Source: a virus (lineage: Duplodnaviria > Caudoviricetes). From it: 64,000 bases of DNA. The position numbers were made by a program, and so were the translations under genes. Shown here in pieces: positions 57,873-64,000 of the stretch (positions within the stretch are counted from its first letter, which is position 1; each line of letters opens with the position of its first letter). The stretch lies in IMG/VR virus record IMGVR_UViG_3300020460_000012, one strand, 5' to 3'. A model generated the notes under the pieces. The model saw only the letters and a program-made list of their open reading frames with translations. It did no database searches and was not told the DNA's origin.

Positions 57873-58291
57873 TACTTCTTCCCTCCGTTTTTAATTTTGT
57901 TAATTTCTTGTGCGTTTTCATGTATTTTATTTTCGTTATGCTCTGGTTTTGTATCAAATATAACCTTTTCTAGTTTAAGGAAAGGTATACGCTCATTAGG
58001 AACATACCTCCATACATAATCTCCATCAAATTCACCCGAAGTTTTCGTAACACCGAATACTGTTTGGGTAATACCAATCTTTACAATTAATGCACGTTCG
58101 CCGTCGAGTATAACTTTATCACCTTCTTGGAATTGTTTGTTCATACTAAAAGCTAAACCTTTAGCAATCTTCCCTGCAAAATCTTTAAACCACAAGGTAA
58201 TTACCACCATTATAAGTACACTTATAAACGGCATTATTAATAAAGTTATATCATTTGCTAGTGTTGCTACGTCCATTATTTCATTTTCCAT
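57872..58291 (-). CDS. TM + MscS beta-domain-like protein
   Basis: 'FQEGDKVILDGERALIVKIGITQTVF', 'VPNE'. Confidence 0.55.
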   Translation of the reverse strand: MENEIMDVATLANDITLLIMPFISVLIMVVITLWFKDFAGKIAKGLAFSMNKQFQEGDKVILDGERALIVKIGITQTVFGVTKTSGEFDGDYVWRYVPNERIPFLKLEKVIFDTKPEHNENKIHENAQEINKIKNGGKK

Positions 58292-58565
58292 CGCCCTTAC
58301 CTTTCTGTAACCTTCTGATTTCTAACTCAAGAAAATTAATTCTTTCTTCCAGTTCATCAGTTCGCTTCGCTACATTAGGATACTTTGTCCTCCATGCTAT
58401 ATCCTCCTTATTGAGAATATCAATGCCATACCGATCGGTTGCCCAAACAGCTATAGCTTCGTATTTTTTGTAACACCAAACGCCTGCTTTAGTATCTTTG
58501 AACCACCTGGTAGTCGCCGCTCCGAGCAGACTGCCTGCAATACTTGATACTATCCATAACCACAT
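58281..58565 (-). CDS. Membrane-anchored hypothetical protein
   Basis: Hydrophobic N-terminus, coiled-coil C-terminus; TATAAATA at 58589-58596. Confidence 0.55.
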   Translation of the reverse strand: MWLWIVSSIAGSLLGAATTRWFKDTKAGVWCYKKYEAIAVWATDRYGIDILNKEDIAWRTKYPNVAKRTDELEERINFLELEIRRLQKGKGDGK

Positions 58566-58610
58566 TCGGTACTCCTGTTAGTTATATGTATTTATAACTA
58601 TTTGGAGGTA

Positions 58611-59087
58611 TTATTTGAAGGGATTTAATTTATCTAGCACAGATTCGCTATTGTTATTCTTTTGTTGCTGTTCATTAATTTCATCTTGTGTAGATTCAAT
58701 TCTTTTATTAGCACTATCTAATGCTTCACTAGATTTTTCATAATATTGTTTGTATGCCGCAATTATTGTTTGCTGTTGTTGCACTAAAGCTCTAATAGCA
58801 CTAAAATTTGTACTTAGGTTTTCGTAGCCTTGGCCAGATAATCCAAATATTGCTAAAGGTTGCCCTGAAGCTTTTAGATCTGCAATGACTTCTTCTAGGT
58901 TATCTTCGGTTACAATTATCCATTTTACCTCTTTCATTGTAACAGTATCTACAGGTGGTACTATTAATGAGGGTTTTTCAATAGGTTTTGTGCTTACAGT
59001 AATGCTAGGTGGTACAGATGCACAGCTAGTCAGTAGTAGTAGGACCAGGCCAGAGCCAAGGACATTCATTATTGAACGCTTTTCCAC
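58611..59087 (-). CDS. o-spanin-like lipoprotein
   Basis: Lipobox LLLTSC; Pro-rich segment; overlaps the i-spanin gene. Confidence 0.7.
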   Translation of the reverse strand: MEKRSIMNVLGSGLVLLLLTSCASVPPSITVSTKPIEKPSLIVPPVDTVTMKEVKWIIVTEDNLEEVIADLKASGQPLAIFGLSGQGYENLSTNFSAIRALVQQQQTIIAAYKQYYEKSSEALDSANKRIESTQDEINEQQQKNNNSESVLDKLNPFK

Positions 59088-59490
59088 TTTTCGCCTCCTT
59101 TTCTTTATCGGTTAACGGTGCGCCACTTAATATTTCAAAACATCTTCCAGCATTGACTGTCCCTCTGTTAATCAATCTTGTGATACTTTTTGGTCTTTCT
59201 GCGGCTAATGAGTTTAAATCATGTTCAGCTAACTTTTGAGATAACACATTGTTTTGGGCTCTTGCGGCTCTAAATTCAGAATTTACTTCTTCTAAGTTTT
59301 TTTGCAAAGCTTCGTAGCTTTCTTTTTGTACTCTTAAAGCTTCTTCATTTTGTGCTACAGCAATTTGTAATTTTTCGGCATTTAGTCTGTGTATCTCGGC
59401 AGTTTTTTGTAAATTGGTTACATAGGTGTAGGCTCCTCCTGCTCCTGCGAGCAACATCAGGATAAGCACTACTTTAATCGATCCGAACAT
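59026..59490 (-). CDS. i-spanin (Rz-like)
   Basis: N-terminal TM, long coiled coil, C-terminal Cys; downstream of endolysin. Confidence 0.7.
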   Translation of the reverse strand: MFGSIKVVLILMLLAGAGGAYTYVTNLQKTAEIHRLNAEKLQIAVAQNEEALRVQKESYEALQKNLEEVNSEFRAARAQNNVLSQKLAEHDLNSLAAERPKSITRLINRGTVNAGRCFEILSGAPLTDKEKEAKSGKAFNNECPWLWPGPTTTD

Positions 59491-59508
59491 ATATTTAATT
59501 ATCCAAAG

Positions 59509-60021
59509 TTAAATCATACTAACTGCTAATTCGGTTGTTTCTGTATTCCTTCTAGTCCAACCTCTTCCAAAAGTTTCAAAAGTTTTTAATTTTTCATAAT
59601 AACTTTGTCTATTATCTTGGAAAGTTTTAATAGCACCTTCTAAACCTACTTCATCAACGTAATTTGCTACAGCTCTAAGTGTATTTGGCCCTATTCCGCC
59701 ATCAACAGTTGTACCAATCATACGTTGTAAGTATTTAGCCGATCTTCCAGTGCCTGCATTAACTCCAAAATCAAAAACACATAAATCTAAACCTCTTGGT
59801 AGATCATCGCACTTCATTCTATCCCAATAGTTTTTCCTATAAATTGGTGCTACATCTTCTACAGTTAGATCTTTCATGTTTTTATTACCGCCCCATTCTT
59901 CGTAAACTCTTTTAGTAACTCCTAAATTAGTTTCTCCTCCTGGATCTTTTGGGTGATTTACATATCCGCCTTCGTGATGTAAAATAGCTTTTAAACATTT
60001 GTCATAATTTTCACTTGCCAC
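59509..60021 (-). CDS. GH108 endolysin with peptidoglycan-binding domain
   Basis: 'HEGGYVNHPKDPGGETNLGVT', 'FDFGVNAG', 'FGRGWTRR'. Confidence 0.92.
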   Translation of the reverse strand: MASENYDKCLKAILHHEGGYVNHPKDPGGETNLGVTKRVYEEWGGNKNMKDLTVEDVAPIYRKNYWDRMKCDDLPRGLDLCVFDFGVNAGTGRSAKYLQRMIGTTVDGGIGPNTLRAVANYVDEVGLEGAIKTFQDNRQSYYEKLKTFETFGRGWTRRNTETTELAVSMI

Positions 60022-60070
60022 TTTTCTTCCTTTCAGTTAGCTTGATATAGGTCGCGGAAAACGCCTAAAG

Positions 60071-60796
60071 TTAGTTTTGTATTCTTTCAGTAACCAGAAC
60101 GTGTTTGTCATTTTCGAATGTAAGTTTGTTACCGTACTTAGTGATATTGTAATCGCCAATATACTTGCTTAAAAAAATAATTTCTGCAAAGTCATTAGCA
60201 TTAAAAGACTCTTTGATACTATCTAAAGTCTCTTGTGTAGGACCAAAATCTACAACTTTAAATTGTATAGGATCAGCCCATTTCTTTTTAAGTGTTAAAG
60301 TTGTTTTTCTTAGCTCAACAGATTCTAAATAACTTTTATTAAAAAAGTTTTTATAATTGTTAATACTATTTTCATTTACTGAAACACTAATTCCATAGTC
60401 GTCGGCACTAGTAGGTATATTTTCATCTAATGCTTCTTGTGTAAGATCTAAACTACGAAAATTTTTGTAATAACGGAATCTAAAATCATCACGTCCTGTT
60501 AGATTTTTCATGCCATCGGCTAATTCCATAATTTGCTCACCAGCTTTCTTGGATCTTTCTAATTCTACGAATACTTTATATGTGCCATCATTTTGCTCAC
60601 TATTTGTAGAGTCAGCATCTAATACAAAAGTATATCCTCTTTCTAAAAATTCTTCAAGATCTTTTGCTGATTCTTTTGTAATTGTGCTAATTGCTACAGT
60701 TACAATATCTTTGTCATCACCCATTTTTGATTTGTATGAATCTATTTCTAAAATGCTATCAACTAAATCTTTTAAATCGTTTTGTTGTAGTGTCAT
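60071..60796 (-). CDS. Hypothetical phage protein
   Basis: ORF coupled to the upstream gene. Confidence 0.6.
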   Translation of the reverse strand: MTLQQNDLKDLVDSILEIDSYKSKMGDDKDIVTVAISTITKESAKDLEEFLERGYTFVLDADSTNSEQNDGTYKVFVELERSKKAGEQIMELADGMKNLTGRDDFRFRYYKNFRSLDLTQEALDENIPTSADDYGISVSVNENSINNYKNFFNKSYLESVELRKTTLTLKKKWADPIQFKVVDFGPTQETLDSIKESFNANDFAEIIFLSKYIGDYNITKYGNKLTFENDKHVLVTERIQN

Positions 60797-61296
60797 TATA
60801 CTGCCGCCTCCTCAGGTGCTTCTGCAGTTTCGTCTGCTGTTTGTTGTGGTGCTGGAGGAGCTACATTAATCATATTTTGCTCTGTATATCCTGTGTAGAT
60901 ATCAGCAATAAGTTTTTTTGGCATTTGTATTTGTACAATCCAGATAGGTTTTCTGTCAAGTTTACCCTTTTTTGTGCCTGGTCTAATATCATCTGGGCTT
61001 TCTATTTTCCTTGGTACTACTAAGTGTGATTTTTGGTATGAAACTTTACAATCATAGTCAAGTAATCGCTTGCCACCCGTAGGATCAGGCATTTCAGTTC
61101 TTGGCCACATAAATGAACAAGTTACCCAATGTCTATCTATATTCGGACCAGAACATAATTCGCCATCTTTCCAATTAGAGTAAACATATAGATCTAATTC
61201 GTCTAATACTCTTTCATAGTCTTTCAGTACTTGGAAAGAAGTATTATTGTCGTATATCGACTCAATGTTTTTAATAATATCTACTACATCTTGCAT
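60796..61296 (-). CDS. Hypothetical phage protein
   Basis: ORF; GATAAATA at 61329-61336. Confidence 0.6.
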   Translation of the reverse strand: MQDVVDIIKNIESIYDNNTSFQVLKDYERVLDELDLYVYSNWKDGELCSGPNIDRHWVTCSFMWPRTEMPDPTGGKRLLDYDCKVSYQKSHLVVPRKIESPDDIRPGTKKGKLDRKPIWIVQIQMPKKLIADIYTGYTEQNMINVAPPAPQQTADETAEAPEEAAV

Positions 61297-61458
61297 TTTA
61301 AATATTCCAAGCTTTTCTGTTCTATACTTATTTATCGACTTTTTAGAGTTAACTTACCTTTTTTCGGTGATCCTTAACATACTAAATATTAGTGTAGGGA
61401 CGTTTAGCCTCTACGGTTGAACGACTTACTTCTTTAATATCCCAAAGGAGGACAATTT

Positions 61459-62184
61459 ATGGGTGCAAAACGAGCCTCTCGTAAGAGACATAACTCAAGC
61501 AATAACTACAGCAATGTAGTAGAACTCAACACATATCAAAAACAACGAAACGTTACAATAATTCCCCGAAATAAAAATCAAGAAACTTATGTTTTAAAAC
61601 TGTTAGATGACACCAAGGACATAGTCTTTGGAATCGGTCCGGCTGGTACAGGAAAAACACTACTAGCAGTTCAGGTCGCAGTAAAATTATTTAAGGCAGG
61701 CGTTATTGATAAAATTATTGTAACTAGACCAGCAGTCTCAGCTGATGAAGATCTAGGGTTTTTACCTGGTACATTAGAACAAAAAATGGCACCATGGACA
61801 AGACCTATATTCGATGTTTTAAGAGAATATTTTCAAGCAAGGGAAATAGAAGGTATGATTGATGAAGGCATCATTGAAATTGCGCCATTAGCATATATGC
61901 GTGGGCGTACTTTTAAACACAGCTTTATTTTAGCTGATGAGATGCAAAATGCTACCCCTAATCAAATGAAAATGTTACTAACTAGACTTGGCGAAGGAAG
62001 CCAAATGGCTGTAACAGGCGATTTAGCACAAGCTGATCGCTTGAATGAAAACGGCTTAATTGACTTTGCTCGCAAGCTAACAAATAGTAACCTTAGCCAT
62101 TTGGACATAGTCCACTTCGCTCAAGGAGATATTGAGCGACATCAAGCAGTTAAGGAGGTCCTGGAAATATACGGAGATGAATGA
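61459..62184 (+). CDS. phoH: PhoH-family ATPase
   Basis: GPAGTGKT, 'VTRP', 'LGFLPG', 'PLAYMRGRTF', 'ADEMQN', 'GDLAQAD'. Confidence 0.95.
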   Translation: MGAKRASRKRHNSSNNYSNVVELNTYQKQRNVTIIPRNKNQETYVLKLLDDTKDIVFGIGPAGTGKTLLAVQVAVKLFKAGVIDKIIVTRPAVSADEDLGFLPGTLEQKMAPWTRPIFDVLREYFQAREIEGMIDEGIIEIAPLAYMRGRTFKHSFILADEMQNATPNQMKMLLTRLGEGSQMAVTGDLAQADRLNENGLIDFARKLTNSNLSHLDIVHFAQGDIERHQAVKEVLEIYGDE

Positions 62185-62185
62185 A

Positions 62186-62213
62186 AATAGTGGGGGAGAA
62201 ATCCCCCACTATT
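62186..62213. terminator. Hairpin between convergent phoH and the pqqA operon (bidirectional terminator)
   Basis: Perfect 12-bp stem AATAGTGGGGGA/TCCCCCACTATT with GAAA loop. Confidence 0.75.
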
Positions 62214-62292
62214 AATCCGGAAATAGGTGTATCACTATCATAGCAAATACGATGTATGCTATACCTATAATTATAGGACTTAATTCACCCAT
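62212..62292 (-). CDS. 26-aa single-TM peptide (not in ORF track)
   Basis: MGELSPIIIGIAYIVFAMIVIHLFPD; begins just after the pqqA stop. Confidence 0.5.
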   Translation of the reverse strand: MGELSPIIIGIAYIVFAMIVIHLFPD

Positions 62293-62295
62293 CAC

Positions 62296-62367
62296 TTAGT
62301 TGCTCTTAGCATACATTGTGATTTCGAAGCCAAGTCTTATATTTTCATACGTTGGTTTTGTCCACAT
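62296..62367 (-). CDS. pqqA: PQQ precursor peptide PqqA (23 aa, not in ORF track)
   Basis: [23 protein letters not shown]: MWxKP...R(L/I)GFE-x3-Y signature; AGGAG SD 7 nt upstream. Confidence 0.9.
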   Translation of the reverse strand: MWTKPTYENIRLGFEITMYAKSN

Positions 62368-62566
62368 AGTTTTTCTCCTGTGCAATTTTAAAGAGATCTT
62401 CGGCAGCACAATGTGGTGCAGACCTACAATCTCTTAGGTTTCTCTGGAATCTAAGAGGATCTATAAAGTTCATAGGTTGTGGATCATCGTAGTATTCCAA
62501 AAAATCTGTTGGGCCAGGTGTATGGCAACCGGCTAGTAAAAAACAAACTAATAAAAGTTTTTTCAT
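62345..62566 (-). CDS. Small lipoprotein
   Basis: Lipobox LLAGC. Confidence 0.65.
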   Translation of the reverse strand: MKKLLLVCFLLAGCHTPGPTDFLEYYDDPQPMNFIDPLRFQRNLRDCRSAPHCAAEDLFKIAQEKNYVDKTNV

Positions 62567-62736
62567 CTAATCATCCTTTGTTGTATTTCTCTATAATTCA
62601 TGCTAACATTAGGCCTTAAACTCTGCATGAAGATATCTTGATTTCTCATAGTTTGCATAGACCAGTCTTGTGCCGACCTTTCTGGCAAATTACTACAGCC
62701 AGTTAATAAAATACATGTAAGTATTAGTCTTTTCAT
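62563..62736 (-). CDS. 57-aa lipoprotein (not in ORF track)
   Basis: MKRLILTCILLTGC lipobox; ATGA overlaps on both sides. Confidence 0.65.
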   Translation of the reverse strand: MKRLILTCILLTGCSNLPERSAQDWSMQTMRNQDIFMQSLRPNVSMNYREIQQRMIR

Positions 62737-64000
62737 TTTTCTGCTAACATCCTTTGAGCTTTTAGCTCATTGTATCCTTCCTCATCTAAGTGTGTAATTG
62801 CAAGCCAGGCATGAGTCATTTCATCTCCTGTCCTACTACCACCCATTACCCACATGTCAGGATCAGGATTGTTTGGGTTATTTGCGGTATTGTCATACCA
62901 CTGCTTCAATATAATAACTGCACCTGCAGGTATTAATGGGGCTACATGTGGTTCAAATAAATGACTGTGATGCCATGTTGCACTCCAATTAGATATTTGA
63001 CTCACAGGTTCTGTACGACCAGTTTCTGGATAAAATATTTCTAAACTAGCCGCATTCATTCTCAAATGTCCATGTGGTTGAAAGCTATCTAAACGCACAG
63101 GATGATCAAAACTGTGGAAACCTTGTGTCATATGATAGCCATGTGGAGGAATAACGATATCGTCTTGATTGCCTAGCCGATATAAACTTAAATCTTGTTT
63201 GTATTTCAGTTCTTGGCTTTCCTCTTCGCTGTATAACCAAAGTCCAATTTCCACCACGTTGTCTTTGATAACTGTACCTGGAGCCATTGTTCCTAAACCG
63301 CCAGGAAACATATGTATGTCCCAACGAACTTGTGAATTTGCAGGAAGTGTTCTGCAAACTCCTTCCGGGACAATCTCTCCCCACTTTCCCATAGCGTATT
63401 CCGTAAGCATACCTTCACGACCTCCATCAATAACTACATTAGAATTAGCATGATGAACTACAGACTTTGCATCGCCTCTAGGTTTTACTTGCACTGCTTT
63501 AATACATCTGTCTTCTGTGAGTCCTGTTGGTACTAGATGCTTGTGCCACAGATCGTTACCACTTGCTGGAATATCTATAGGAACGCTAGGAATTATTAGA
63601 TTCGGTGGACCAAAGTCTCCAGCAAAATTCCATTGGTCTGGATCAGCAAGATTAGGAGGTTGTACGACTATGTCGGTATCTCCGTATTGGGAGCCTGAGT
63701 CTACCCAAGCTACTATTGTATCTATTTCTTTTTGTGACAGTCGCCAATCACCTTGTAGGTCTTGTATGCCTATTCCGTGGTCGTAAGCATACGGAGGCAT
63801 TTCTCTACTAGCTACTTTCATTTTAATTAATGGTGCCCAAGGACGAACTTGTTCGTAGCCCTCAAAACTCATAGGGCCTATACCGCCTGGTCTATGACAT
63901 ATTAAGCAATTATTATTGATTATCTTTGCTACATCATCTGTGTAAGTTTGTGCATGCACTCCAGATGTAAAATACATCAAGCCCATAAGCACAAGTAGGT
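62733..64000 (-). CDS. Secreted cytochrome c + copper-dependent monooxygenase (PHM/DBH-like) fusion; 5' end cut by window edge
   Basis: Signal peptide (..VHA|Q), heme motif CLICH..MPP, Cu ligands HH (VVHHAN), H (DIHM), HxH (PHGH), M (DEMT). Confidence 0.8.
   Translation of the reverse strand, partial: LLVLMGLMYFTSGVHAQTYTDDVAKIINNNCLICHRPGGIGPMSFEGYEQVRPWAPLIKMKVASREMPPYAYDHGIGIQDLQGDWRLSQKEIDTIVAWVDSGSQYGDTDIVVQPPNLADPDQWNFAGDFGPPNLIIPSVPIDIPASGNDLWHKHLVPTGLTEDRCIKAVQVKPRGDAKSVVHHANSNVVIDGGREGMLTEYAMGKWGEIVPEGVCRTLPANSQVRWDIHMFPGGLGTMAPGTVIKDNVVEIGLWLYSEEESQELKYKQDLSLYRLGNQDDIVIPPHGYHMTQGFHSFDHPVRLDSFQPHGHLRMNAASLEIFYPETGRTEPVSQISNWSATWHHSHLFEPHVAPLIPAGAVIILKQWYDNTANNPNNPDPDMWVMGGSRTGDEMTHAWLAITHLDEEGYNELKAQRMLAEK

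Noticed and set aside
60022-60070. Weak hairpin (TAGGCG..CG-A-CCTA) upstream of the endolysin
   Set aside because: It is short, bulged and does not clearly cover the SD; indistinguishable from chance without covariation data.
2810-63786. Numerous antisense or nested ORFs in the track (for example 2810-3166, 3876-4337, 22092-22421, 36493-37035, 55643-56080, 63106-63384)
   Set aside because: They are shadows of clearly recognisable genes, with no SD or motifs.
1-64000. Stop-codon recoding (TAG/TGA) as in some huge phages
   Set aside because: Standard code gives full-length, abutting genes, and TAG ends intact genes (panD, tauD, dpdA).
1-64000. tRNA, rRNA, CRISPR arrays, introns/inteins, transposases
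   Set aside because: I noticed no T-loop/cloverleaf, regular repeat-spacer pattern or intein motif; polB, clpA and moxR are uninterrupted. A by-eye scan can miss these, so run tRNAscan-SE, Infernal and a CRISPR finder.

Overview
This AT-rich, gene-dense window comes from a large T4-related (jumbo/huge) dsDNA phage. Evidence includes a family-B DNA polymerase, a gp45-like clamp, a T4 RNase H-like nuclease, PhoH, an Mtd-type fibre, T4-like late promoters (DATAAATA) and near-consensus sigma70 promoters. A GH108 endolysin with an i-/o-spanin pair implies a Gram-negative host, probably a proteobacterium. The window has five blocks. (1) 1-20.1 kb is a modification island: nucleotide-sugar enzymes, four radical SAMs, about eight 2OG-Fe(II) oxygenases, a fatty-acid desaturase, a PP-loop ATPase and a compact panD-tauD-rSAM-X-ATP-grasp operon. 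(2) 20-31 kb holds the fibre, a MoxR/vWA pair, more oxygenases and RNase H. (3) 31.7-45.3 kb is a 7-deazaguanine cluster (queE, folE, DpdL/QueD-like T-fold protein, TGT/DpdA). It is interleaved with a GT4 glycosyltransferase, a PRTase, a HIT protein, sugar-phosphate enzymes, the clamp and polB. No queC or canonical queD is in the window. (4) 46-53.3 kb contains putative capsid-internal polyproteins and an unannotated 26-aa metallothionein-like gene. (5) 54-64 kb carries ClpA, DnaJ, the lysis genes, PhoH and an auxiliary redox module: a cytochrome c/copper-monooxygenase fusion plus a 23-aa PqqA precursor gene missed by the ORF track. I saw no tRNA, rRNA, CRISPR array or mobile element. All family assignments come from motif recognition by eye; no database search was run.
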